DNA of 38,342 nucleotides from a virus (IMGVR_UViG_3300038321_000169:1-38342), one strand, 5' to 3'. Numbered from the stretch's first letter, positions 25,786-35,100 are shown. The notes: generated by a model not told the origin, from the sequence alone. Numbers and translations are program-made.

Positions 25786-26067
25786 CCTAATTGTAGACAT
25801 AACCTAAGCACTTACTTCCCAGGCATTACTACATTACCAAAGATACCAGATGAAGAAAAAGCATTGGAGAACTACAAGAATGAACAAAGACAAAGGTATA
25901 TAGAAAGACAAATAAGAAGATATAAGAGATTAGCTGAAGGCTCTATTGATGAAAACAATATAAAGAAATACCAGGATAAAGTTAAAGAATGGCAAGGAAT
26001 AATGAGGGAATTCTTGAAAGAGAATCCACAACTAAGACGAGCCTATAGGAGAGAAAAAATATATTAG
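25786..26067 (+). CDS. Minor capsid protein, exon 2 (93 aa; spliced product 404 aa)
   Basis: PNCRHNLSTYFPGIT...QRYIERQIRRYKR...LRRAYRREKIY; in frame with the 25864 ORF. Confidence 0.9.
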   Translation, partial: PNCRHNLSTYFPGITTLPKIPDEEKALENYKNEQRQRYIERQIRRYKRLAEGSIDENNIKKYQDKVKEWQGIMREFLKENPQLRRAYRREKIY

Positions 26068-26077
26068 GAGGGATAAT

Positions 26078-26167
26078 ATGGCTACAGCTACACAAGTAAC
26101 ATTAACTATATGTTTAACAATTATAATTCTATATTTGCTTGAAAAGAGAGGGGAAGATAATGACTAA
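26078..26167 (+). CDS. 29-aa single-TM micropeptide
   Basis: AGGAGG RBS; MATATQVTLTICLTIIILYLLEKRGEDND. Confidence 0.55.
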   Translation: MATATQVTLTICLTIIILYLLEKRGEDND

Positions 26168-26423
26168 ATACAGGAAGAAACCTGTTGTTATAGAAGCTTT
26201 GCAGTGGACAGGGGATAACGAACAAGATATACATTCATTTGTTGGAAAGGATTGTTTCTTTAAAGAGTTCGATAGAGCTACTAATACAAAGGTATTGGCA
26301 ATCCGAACGCTTGAAGGTGATCATATAGCAAGTGTAGGAGACTATATTATAAAAGGTGTCAAAGGAGAGTTTTATCCTTGTAAGCCCGATATATTTCAAG
26401 AAACTTATGAGAAAGTTGATTGA
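26160..26423 (+). CDS. Conserved small phage protein (KYRKKPVVIEA...YPCKPDIF family), candidate anti-defence protein
   Basis: 87 aa; TLEG...GDYIIKGVKGEFYPCKPDIF. Confidence 0.75.
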   Translation: MTKYRKKPVVIEALQWTGDNEQDIHSFVGKDCFFKEFDRATNTKVLAIRTLEGDHIASVGDYIIKGVKGEFYPCKPDIFQETYEKVD

Positions 26424-26446
26424 GGCCAAGTGAGGTCTTTTTTTAT

Positions 26447-26540
26447 TGTCCTAAATAAGACATTAAACTGTTTAACACTACCCTAATGGCAGGGAATAAA
26501 CAGCCATATCCCAGCACTAGGACTGGCTAGAATAAAAGGA
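26447..26540 (+). promoter_or_regulatory. Structured leader with tandem H-type pseudoknots upstream of scaffold gene
   Basis: TGTC/GACA + TAAAT/GTTTA; CCCT/AGGG + ATGGC/GCCAT; CCAG/CTGG + CTAG/CTAG, with A-rich linkers. Confidence 0.55.
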
Positions 26541-26564
26541 AAGGGATTGAAAGGAGAGTTAATT

Positions 26565-27131
26565 ATGGAGTGGTTAAAGGAATTATTAAAAGACTTAGAA
26601 AATGCAGATGAACTGCAGAAGGCTATTGCTAAAGGAATAGGCGAAAATTTTGTTGCCAAGGTTGATTTTAATACAGTAAATGAAACTAAGAAGAAGCTAG
26701 AGGAAGATATTGCAACTAGAGATAAGCAATTAGAAGATTTAAAAAAAATAGATGTAGAAGATTTACAAAATCAAATTGAAACCTTACAAGAAGAAAATGA
26801 AACATCTAAAGAAACATATGAAAAGGAATTAAAGGATCTTCAATTGTCTAATGCTATTAAGTTAGCTATAAATGGCAAGGTACATGATGAGGATTTAGTT
26901 GCTGGATTAGTAGATAAGGAAAAAGTAGTAATTGATGATGGAAAGATTATAGGTTTGGATGAACAAATACAATCATTGCAGGAAAGTAAATCTTTTTTAT
27001 TTAAAGAAGAAAAGCAAGAAGGAGAACAGCAACAACAAAATGGATTCCAGAAGATAGGTAATGAACCGCCTAACAATGTCCAGGCAATGGATGATGCAAT
27101 AGCCGCCGCATTTGGAAACACTGAGGAATAA
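26565..27131 (+). CDS. Capsid scaffolding protein (Phage GP20-like)
   Basis: MEWLKELL...FVAK.DFN..NE...RDKQLEDLKK...GLDEQI.SL.ESKSFLF; AAGGAG RBS before ATG 26565. Confidence 0.85.
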   Translation: MEWLKELLKDLENADELQKAIAKGIGENFVAKVDFNTVNETKKKLEEDIATRDKQLEDLKKIDVEDLQNQIETLQEENETSKETYEKELKDLQLSNAIKLAINGKVHDEDLVAGLVDKEKVVIDDGKIIGLDEQIQSLQESKSFLFKEEKQEGEQQQQNGFQKIGNEPPNNVQAMDDAIAAAFGNTEE

Positions 27132-27151
27132 TAAAGAAAGGATGATTATTA

Positions 27152-28048
27152 ATGAGTATTAATTATGCAGAAAAATTTGAGAGACAAATAGAGCAGCAAT
27201 TTGAAAGAGAACTAACATCTGCCGATATGGCAGCAAATAAAAGGTATAACTTTATTGATGCACAAACTATAAAAATACCAACTGTAACATTATCAGGATA
27301 CAAGGACCATGCTAGAGATGGATCTAAAAATAGGGGAACTGTAGGGAATAAATTCCAAGCATTTTCTTTGACTCATGACAGAGATATTGAGTTTTTTGTA
27401 GATGAGATGGATGTAGATGAAACTAATCAAGTGCTATCCGCAGCTAATATTACAGCAGTATTCAACCAAGAACAAGCTATACCTGAACTAGATAGCTTTA
27501 GATATTCTAAACTATACGCAGAATTTGTGGCCAATGGTGGGAAGGTAAATACAGAAGTATTAACAGAAGCTAATATATTACAGGTATTCGATAAAATGAT
27601 GGAGGATATGGACGAGGCAGCAGTACCACAAAGTGGAAGAATGTTAAAAGTTACACCTCGGATTTATACAATGTTAAAGAACGCAGAAAAGATTCAAAGG
27701 GTAATGGATATAACTAAGGGCGAAAATAGTATTAATAGAAATGTTAGATCCTTAGATGAAGTAACTATAGTTACAGTACCATCTGATAGAATGAAAACTC
27801 TATACGATTTTGCAGATGGATTTAAGCCTGGTACAGGTGCTAAACAAATCAATATGATACTATACCATACTAGTGGAATACTAGCACCTGTAAAAGTAGC
27901 TGATGTTTACTTGTGGAACAAAGGACAAACTCCAGATTCTGCTTTTGGCTACTTGTATCAAAATAGAATGTACACTGATCTATTCGTAATTAAAGCTAAG
28001 AAAGATGCAATAGCAATAAATGCAGATGTTGCTGATGTAGAAGGATAG
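27152..28048 (+). CDS. Major capsid protein
   Basis: 298 aa after scaffold; LTHDRDIEFFVDEMDVDETN, IPELDSFRYSKL, YQNRMYTDLFV. Confidence 0.88.
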   Translation: MSINYAEKFERQIEQQFERELTSADMAANKRYNFIDAQTIKIPTVTLSGYKDHARDGSKNRGTVGNKFQAFSLTHDRDIEFFVDEMDVDETNQVLSAANITAVFNQEQAIPELDSFRYSKLYAEFVANGGKVNTEVLTEANILQVFDKMMEDMDEAAVPQSGRMLKVTPRIYTMLKNAEKIQRVMDITKGENSINRNVRSLDEVTIVTVPSDRMKTLYDFADGFKPGTGAKQINMILYHTSGILAPVKVADVYLWNKGQTPDSAFGYLYQNRMYTDLFVIKAKKDAIAINADVADVEG

Positions 28049-28060
28049 GAGGTAATAAGC

Positions 28061-28303
28061 ATGTTACTTGCAATAAAGGCTAATAGGGAATATAAAATAA
28101 CAGAAGATGAAAAGCAAAAGTATATTAATATGGGTTATAAAATAGCTAAGTTAGAAGAAGACAAATTAATATATGAAAAAGTAGAGACCAAAGAAGATAA
28201 GAAAATAGTGGAGTTAGAAAAAGAGAACGAAAAGCTAAAGAAAGAAATAGAAGAATTAAAGAAAGATGATAAAAAGAAAGCTAAAAAAGGAGAGGGCAAA
28301 TAG
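28061..28303 (+). CDS. Small head-associated hypothetical protein
   Basis: 80 aa, GGAGG RBS, coiled coil and basic tail. Confidence 0.7.
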   Translation: MLLAIKANREYKITEDEKQKYINMGYKIAKLEEDKLIYEKVETKEDKKIVELEKENEKLKKEIEELKKDDKKKAKKGEGK

Positions 28304-28319
28304 CTCTCTCTTTAGTTTT
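28287..28319 (+). terminator. Putative terminator after capsid genes
   Basis: AAAGGAGAGGGC-aaata-GCTCTCTCTTT-agtttt. Confidence 0.55.
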
Positions 28320-28334
28320 AAAGGGGTGAGTTAT

Positions 28335-28700
28335 TTGGCTTATGTAGACTATGAATACTATAAAAACACATTTGGTGACTCCTTAGATGAATCAACAGCT
28401 AAAAAGCTACTAGAAGAAGCTTCAGATGATGTGGATAAGTTAACTTATGGCAGAATTAGGAGAAAAGGCTTTGATAACCTTACAGAATTTCAGCAAGAAA
28501 GGATTAAAAAAGCAGTATGCCATCAAGTAGAATTTATTAACAACTATGGCGAATATCTTAATACTCCGTTGGGTGGATTTAGCATTGGAGATGTGAGCTT
28601 GTCCTTTAGTAAAGAAAACCAAGGTCCTGGTGGAATAATAGCTGATAAAAAGACATTAGATTATTTGGCCCAAACAGGACTTACAGTCAGGAGGTTATAA
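28335..28700 (+). CDS. Head-tail adaptor
   Basis: MAYVDYEYY...ASDDVDKLTYGRI...IKKAVCHQ...YLAQTGL; GGGGTGA RBS before TTG 28335. Confidence 0.8.
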   Translation: MAYVDYEYYKNTFGDSLDESTAKKLLEEASDDVDKLTYGRIRRKGFDNLTEFQQERIKKAVCHQVEFINNYGEYLNTPLGGFSIGDVSLSFSKENQGPGGIIADKKTLDYLAQTGLTVRRL

Positions 28701-28702
28701 AT

Positions 28703-29020
28703 ATGAAACTTCCATTTCCAGATTGGTGTTTAGTAACACCTATAAAAGTATATGCAGAAGAACCAGAAGAAGATGGAGTAGAGGAAAAGTTAATCTATGA
28801 TGGTAAGTGTAACTTTAGTGAAAGGTCTAGGACCACGCTTAATGAACAAAAACAAGTAGTTGAATTGACTGGTAAGGTTCTATGTAAAGGAGATATTTAT
28901 CCCGGAAAGCAAATAAAGGGATATGTTGAGTTAGATGGTATTAAAAGGACTATATACAGAGGTAGAAAACCTAGAAATCCAGATGGCTCAATTTATTCTA
29001 CAGAATTGGATTTGATGTGA
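28703..29020 (+). CDS. Head closure / neck protein
   Basis: 105 aa beta-rich, synteny, RNPDGS. Confidence 0.7.
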   Translation: MKLPFPDWCLVTPIKVYAEEPEEDGVEEKLIYDGKCNFSERSRTTLNEQKQVVELTGKVLCKGDIYPGKQIKGYVELDGIKRTIYRGRKPRNPDGSIYSTELDLM

Positions 29021-29021
29021 T

Positions 29022-29396
29022 ATGAAAGTAAAAGCAAGACTAAAACTTAATCCTAAGGCTATAAAGATGATAGAAGAATCAGCGAAAAAGGCTTTACCTT
29101 TGACTATGGAAGCTATGAAAACTGAGATAAATAATATGCAAGTAGTACCTAAGGAAACTGGCAATCTTGAAGAATCTGCAGTAGTAGGAGTAGAAGAAAG
29201 CAAAGGTTATATAAGTTATCCTGGTCCTTATGCTAGAAGGCTCTACTATAACCCTCAGTATGATTTTAGAACCGATAAAAACCCTAATGCTCAGGGTAGG
29301 TGGTTAGATCCATTTATCCATGGAGATAAAAAACATTTGCTAGCCAAGACTTACGGTAAATTTTTAAAAGAAAATTCAGGTGGGGTGATTAAATGA
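29022..29396 (+). CDS. Neck protein (A118 minor capsid / HK97 gp10-like)
   Basis: VPKETGNLEES...PYARRLYY...NPNAQGRW. Confidence 0.8.
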   Translation: MKVKARLKLNPKAIKMIEESAKKALPLTMEAMKTEINNMQVVPKETGNLEESAVVGVEESKGYISYPGPYARRLYYNPQYDFRTDKNPNAQGRWLDPFIHGDKKHLLAKTYGKFLKENSGGVIK

Positions 29397-29782
29397 CTAT
29401 AAGTGATTTCAAAGATTGGTTAAAAACTAAGATAGATTGTCCTACCTGGTATGTTGGTGGACTTAGGACAACAGATGAAAAAGCTATAGTAATTTATAAT
29501 GGCAGGGCTTTTGTTAATCCTATGGCTATTGGTGGACCTCAGAATAGTAGTTATAGAGGTAAAGGTATTAGGATATTGATACATTGGAATAAAAATGTTA
29601 AGGAAAGTGAATTAAAGGCCCAGGAAGTTTACAACACTCTATATGGATTGACTGGCGTAGAGATAGCGGGAAAAAGAATAATTAAATTTAATATGAGAGA
29701 TCCGGAACCTGTCTACCTTGGGGTAGATGATTCTGGTATTTATGAATATGTAATTGACTTGGAGATGATAATTGAAAGGTAG
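29393..29782 (+). CDS. Tail terminator / completion protein
   Basis: IRILIHWN...EPVYLGVDDSGIYEYVI; directly before tail tube gene. Confidence 0.75.
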   Translation: MTISDFKDWLKTKIDCPTWYVGGLRTTDEKAIVIYNGRAFVNPMAIGGPQNSSYRGKGIRILIHWNKNVKESELKAQEVYNTLYGLTGVEIAGKRIIKFNMRDPEPVYLGVDDSGIYEYVIDLEMIIER

Positions 29783-29875
29783 TGATAAGAATTGAAGGAT
29801 AGAGAAGATATAAAGAACAGCGAAGAAACAAAGAATGATGAAATTCCAATAAAATTGATGGGAGGTAGTGAGAAT

Positions 29876-30343
29876 ATGGCAACAGTAACAAGTGGTGTAT
29901 TCCCTGTTTTTAATATTGATTTTAAGATAGGGACTAAAGGCAGGGCAAGTGCTGAGGAAGATATGAAGATCATAAAAGATTTAGAGTCCTTTTCTATATC
30001 TATAGATGGAAATACAGAAGAATGGACTCCAATGGACACTGAGGGATGGCAAAGAAGATTAATGACTGGGAAAGGATTCACACTTAGTTTAAATGGTAAA
30101 AGGCATATAGGAGATCCTGGTAATGACTATGTAGCTTCTACAGCTTGGAAAAGTGGACTAGATTGTTCTAGTAAGTTTGAAGTTGTATTCCCAGATGGAT
30201 CTAAACTTACTTTTGATTGTATAGTCGACGTTAGCAACCCTGGAGCAGGAGATAGTACAGATGTAGCGAACTTAGAATTTGATGTATTAAGTGATGGCAA
30301 GCCTAAATATAGCAGTTCTGGAACACCACCTGTAGAAGGATAA
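29876..30343 (+). CDS. Major tail (tube) protein; alternative upstream TTG start at 29792
   Basis: FSISIDGNTEEW...LMTGK.FTLSLNGKR..GDPGNDY...LEFDVLSDGKP; GGAGGT RBS. Confidence 0.85.
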   Translation: MATVTSGVFPVFNIDFKIGTKGRASAEEDMKIIKDLESFSISIDGNTEEWTPMDTEGWQRRLMTGKGFTLSLNGKRHIGDPGNDYVASTAWKSGLDCSSKFEVVFPDGSKLTFDCIVDVSNPGAGDSTDVANLEFDVLSDGKPKYSSSGTPPVEG

Positions 30344-30360
30344 GAAAGGATGATATAAAT

Positions 30361-30780
30361 ATGATTAATGCGATAATAAAAGAAAATATTCCTGAAAATA
30401 GATTAATATGTCTTACTAAAGCAGTTGGAGATGATGAAGATAAAATATATTTAAGGTTAACAAAAGAAGGTGAAATACCTGACTTTTATTCCAGAAAAGA
30501 TGTTGTAAAAGGTGAGGAAGTAAAAATTGCTATAGGTCATAATAAAAAGTGGAAGGCTGAAGCTTTTGATGATATCCCAGCAGGTGTTCTCTTGGTTAGT
30601 ATAGGTGATGGAAAGGTTGCTAGGGCAGAGGGTAGAACTATAGAAGCAGCTGTAGGGTATTCTTTGCATAAAGTTAAAGCAGGGGAAGTAGTAGAATTTG
30701 TTTTTCAACCACAAACACATAAAGCCTGGGTAGACAAAGTCAACAAAGTAATAGAGGGAATAGGGGGAGATGGTGAATAA
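30361..30780 (+). CDS. Decoration/cement-like (DUF2190 / head-fibre base-like) virion protein
   Basis: AEAFDDIPAGVLLVS.GDGKV...AVGYSLH.VKAGEVVEFV pattern. Confidence 0.5.
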   Translation: MINAIIKENIPENRLICLTKAVGDDEDKIYLRLTKEGEIPDFYSRKDVVKGEEVKIAIGHNKKWKAEAFDDIPAGVLLVSIGDGKVARAEGRTIEAAVGYSLHKVKAGEVVEFVFQPQTHKAWVDKVNKVIEGIGGDGE

Positions 30781-31106
30781 TGAGTAAAACAATTGATATA
30801 TCTGCAAAACTAACAAATGAAAGGCCTAAATTAAAATTAGCAAAGGACAAAATATATGAGATAGATGATAGAAAGAATACTATATTAAAACTTAATCAAA
30901 AGATGCAAAACTCTGACATAAACGACATAGAAGCTATAGATGAATTTATAGCACTTGTACTGGGCCAAAAAGCAGCTAAAGAAATAAATGAAATGGATCT
31001 ATCTATAGTAAGCTATCAATCAATAATGGTTGCAATTATGGCAGCAATAACTGGCGAGGAGTACGAAGCAGCGGAGAAACGATTTCGTGAATCGGCAGGG
31101 ATATAG
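30780..31106 (+). CDS. Tail assembly chaperone (gpG-like)
   Basis: 108 aa between tail tube and tape measure genes. Confidence 0.75.
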   Translation: MSKTIDISAKLTNERPKLKLAKDKIYEIDDRKNTILKLNQKMQNSDINDIEAIDEFIALVLGQKAAKEINEMDLSIVSYQSIMVAIMAAITGEEYEAAEKRFRESAGI

Positions 31107-31458
31107 TACTGGACATAGTGAAGTATGGTTCGATTTATACGAAGATTGGGGGCTAATTGAAGCCTCATTTGCTACTCAATACAATATTAGATTAAGAAAT
31201 GAGCCCGATATGTCTTGGGGAGAATTTACAACGTTGTTAGCTGGAATAATGTCTAAGACACCATTAGGACAAGTCATATCTATCAGAAGCGAAAACGACA
31301 AGGATATGTTGAAACATTTTACAAAAGAGCAACATAGGGTTAGAAATAAATGGAGAAATAGAAAAGTGAAGAAATTAGTCACAATGAGTAAAAAACAGGC
31401 AGAAAGTCAAATACAGATGTTCCAGGATATGTGTAAAAATGCTTTTGGTAAAAACTAA
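31087..31458 (+). CDS. Gp15-family chaperone extension (gpT-like), probably reached by +1 frameshift
   Basis: FDLYEDWGLIEASF..QYNIRL...MSWGEF..LL.GI...TPLGQVISIRSE. Confidence 0.78.
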   Translation: MNRQGYSTGHSEVWFDLYEDWGLIEASFATQYNIRLRNEPDMSWGEFTTLLAGIMSKTPLGQVISIRSENDKDMLKHFTKEQHRVRNKWRNRKVKKLVTMSKKQAESQIQMFQDMCKNAFGKN

Positions 31459-31525
31459 CTGGCAATTATAAATTTTGTATAGTATGATTATGATAATTAC
31501 ATACTATACAAAGGGGGAAATTTCT

Positions 31526-32128
31526 ATGGAAAACAAAAAAGAAAAGAAGCCATTACTAAAAAGATGGTGGTTTTGGCTAATTGTAATTATAATTGCTGTT
31601 GCTGGTCTTAGTGGAGGATCTGATGAAGATAATACTAAATCCACTGAAGTAAATCAAAGCGAAAAAGCAGGAGATAAAAAGGACAAAAAAAATAAGAAAA
31701 AAGAGGAAGAAGTATACAAGGTAGGCGATTCCTTTGAAACTGGTAAACTAGGAGCAAAGATATTAGAAGCAGAAGAAAAAGAAGAATTTAACAGTGATAA
31801 TGAATTTATAGATAGTGTTAAAACTGAAGGAAAGTTTATCGTTGTAACCGCAGAATTAACTAATAATGATGAAAAATCAAGAATGTTTTCATCAACAATG
31901 TTTAAAATTATAGATGACAAAGATAGAGAATTTGAAACCTTAACAAACGCAGATTTAATGATGATATTAGATGATAAAAATTTATTTTTAGAAGAATGTA
32001 ACCCAGGCATGAGCAGGACTGGAGTTTTTGTATTTGAAGTACCTAAAGATGTAGAATCATATTCCTTAAAGGTTTATAGTGGAGTAGGAACTGCTTCTAA
32101 AGGTGCGGTAACTGTAAAATTAAAATAA
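31526..32128 (+). CDS. Membrane-anchored DUF4352-like protein (moron)
   Basis: KKPLLKRWWFW + TM, low-complexity linker, GKFIVV...NND...FKIIDDKDREF...NPGMSRTGVFVFEVP. Confidence 0.78.
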   Translation: MENKKEKKPLLKRWWFWLIVIIIAVAGLSGGSDEDNTKSTEVNQSEKAGDKKDKKNKKKEEEVYKVGDSFETGKLGAKILEAEEKEEFNSDNEFIDSVKTEGKFIVVTAELTNNDEKSRMFSSTMFKIIDDKDREFETLTNADLMMILDDKNLFLEECNPGMSRTGVFVFEVPKDVESYSLKVYSGVGTASKGAVTVKLK

Positions 32129-32146
32129 TTAAATATATTATATTTT

Positions 32147-32175
32147 AGCAACTCTCAATTCGGGAGTTGCTTTTT
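32147..32175 (+). terminator. Moron terminator upstream of tape measure gene
   Basis: AGCAACTCTC-aattc-GGGAGTTGCT + T run. Confidence 0.8.
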
Positions 32176-32199
32176 CTATGCCTGAAAGGTGGTGAGAAT

Positions 32200-35100
32200 G
32201 TGGCAGATGATGTTACTACTGTCGGTACGATAGAGCTAGATGTAGAATTTTCTGATGCTTCTATATCTAAAGAGATGGAAAAGTTAGATAAAGTTATTAG
32301 TGGTAGCGACTTAACAGCAGGATTTAAAAATTCTATAGATGGGCTTGTGAAGGGATTAAATGACTTTGTAAAAAAAGACATAACTAATCTTACTAACTCT
32401 ATAAAAGAATCAATGGATGAATTAGCAGAACTAAATAAACCTCTGGAGGTTGATACAAGTCAAACAGAAAATAAACTCTTAAGCATGTTTAGAAGAATAA
32501 ATATTTTTGCTAGGGAATCAGTAGATAAAACGACTAATGATATTAGGAATTTTGGACAAGTAGGAGCTGAATCAGGGAATCAAGCAGCAAAAGGCATAAA
32601 ACAGTTAAAGTCTGAATTAAAGGAAACTGAAGATCAAATTAATGAAACTAAAGAAGCTATTGAAAGACTGTCATATGCTAAACAAAAATATGCTGATAAC
32701 GAAGGTAAGCTTTCAGATAAAACGTATGATGCCTCTATATCAAATCAAGAAAAACAGTTAGCAGGATTAGAATCAAAAGCTTCAACTTTGAAACAAGAAA
32801 TAACACAACTAGGGAATGAAACAGAAAATTCTGGTAGAAAGCTAAGCTTTTTTGGGAGGAAGAATGATGAAGCTGGCAATAGTGCTGAAAAGGCGTCTTT
32901 GAAAACTAGGCTCTTTGGCAATGAAATGAAAAATACTAGCTCTAAGGCCAACGGCCTTGCATCTGTAATAAATAGATCCTTTAAATCTATTTTAAGAAGA
33001 CTATTTATCTACAATGTAATTATGAAAGGGATTAGAGGAGTAATGGATTATATGTGGGCAGCAATGCAAACAAACGCACAATTTGTCGCTTCTTTAAATC
33101 AAATTAGAACTAATTTAATAGTAGCCTTTCAGCCTATTTTTGAGTTTGTATTACCTGCGTTAAATGCTCTTATGCATGGAATAGCGGTTGTAACAACCTA
33201 TATAGCTACTGCAATATCTGCTCTATTTGGAAAAACTTATAAGCAATCGTTTAATGCAGCTAAGGGAATGAATAACACAATCAAAAGTATGAAGAATGTA
33301 GGCAAGGCAACTGAAAAAACAGGTAAGAAAGCTAAAAAGGCTGGGAAAGCAGCCAAGAAAGCAGGCGAAGAAGCTAAAAAAGCCTTGGCTCCTTTCGATG
33401 AAATCAATCAGCTAGATTTAGGAAAAGACAAAGGCACTGGAGCTGATGATATTCCAGATGTTCCTTCCCCTGGCGGAGGTGGCAGCGGTGGTGTACCTGG
33501 TTTTGAAATGGCTATGCCCGATATGGCTCAAATAGATATGAGTGGTATAGATAAGTTTAAAGAAATTATGTCTAAGATATTTGAGCCTTTTAAATTAGCT
33601 TGGGAAAATGAGGGGCAAGCCACAATTGACGCAATGAAATATGCCTTAACTGGTATATGGGAGTTAGCAATAGAAATTGGTAAGAGTTGGCTTGAGGTTT
33701 GGACTAATGGAACAGGACAAGCGATATTAGAAACTATATTAAGAATACTACAAAACATACTTGGGAAGATTGGTGACATGGCAAGGTCCTTTACTGCTGC
33801 ATGGATAGAAGGTGGCAGGGGGACTGCAATTATGCAACACTTGCATAATATTATTTTGCATGTCTTAACTCTAGTTGAAAGATTAACTGAGTCAAATAGA
33901 AAGATGTGGGGTGAGTATGGCGATACCTTAGCTAGGGTGTTTTTAGAGACATTAAAAAATATATTAGGTGTATTTGACCATCTAGGTGAAAAACTGATAT
34001 GGGTTTGGGACCATGGTGGACAACATTTGTTTGAAGGACTTAGCAGATTGCTTGCAAAAATAATTGAATTGGCAGGATACGTTATAAACTCATTTGTAAT
34101 ACCTTTTGCACATGGCTTTATTGAAATAGCAGCTCCTGCTGTTGCAGGATTATTGGATATAATAGGATATTTGTTGGATATATTTACTCATTTAATAGGA
34201 TATTTATTAGGCGAGGGCAAGCCTGTTTTAGATATTATAGTTACAGTGTTAAGAGATATGGCTGCTGCTTTTTTAATCGTTAAGGGTGCAATCCTTGCAA
34301 AGCAAGCGATCATGATAGTGTACACTGGGGTTGTAAAACTAGCTCAAATTGCTGTGCTTGGCTTTAAAACAGTTATAGCAGCGTTAACTTCCCCAATGGG
34401 TTTAGCTGTGATAGCAGTTATGGGCATAATTGCTGCATTAAGGCACATGGGCGTAACATTTGATGATGTAAAAAAAGGAGTTAAGAAATTTGTAAAAGCT
34501 GTAGTTGCTCCTTTTGAATGGCTCTATGACGTTTTAGTCGGACACAGTATCGTCCCCGATTTAATGGATGGAATAGATGGATGTTTTGGAGGTATGTTTA
34601 AGAAAGTTACAGATACAACTGGAAACTTAGTAAATAAAGTTGTAGGATTCTTTAGTAGTTTAAAAGAGTCCTCAAAAAATATATGGAACAAAATAGCTGA
34701 CTTTATGACAAATCCTATCGACAAGGCTAAAGAAGGAATTAGTAGTAAGGTTTCAAGTTTAAAAACTTCTGTAACAGGCAAATGGGGGCAAATTAGAAGT
34801 GGTATATCTAACATGAGAAACAATTTAATAAATGCTATGATGTCTCCATTTAAAGCTGCTGATAGTCAAATAAATGGCGTGGTTAAAAATGCTAAAAATT
34901 GGGGCAGAAATTTAATCAGCAACTTTACCGATGGTATACATTCTATGACAAGACGAGTTAGAGACGCAGTAAGTAATGTAGCAAGTATAGTTTCTGACTT
35001 TCTAGGATTCCATTCTCCGGCTAAAAAAGGACCAGGAGCAGAGGCGGACAAATGGATGCCAAACTTAATGGGCATGTTAGCTGATGGTATAGAAGATAAC

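Noticed and set aside
6440-32199. Longer ORF-track starts (6440, 6727, 8150, 11134, 13589, 26139, 26547, 28266, 31475, 32167)
   Set aside because: Downstream starts have clear RBSs; the extensions overlap promoters, operators, terminators or upstream genes
33322-33385. GKKAKKAGKAAKKAG repeats in the tape measure gene
   Set aside because: Ordinary low-complexity linker common in this tape measure family
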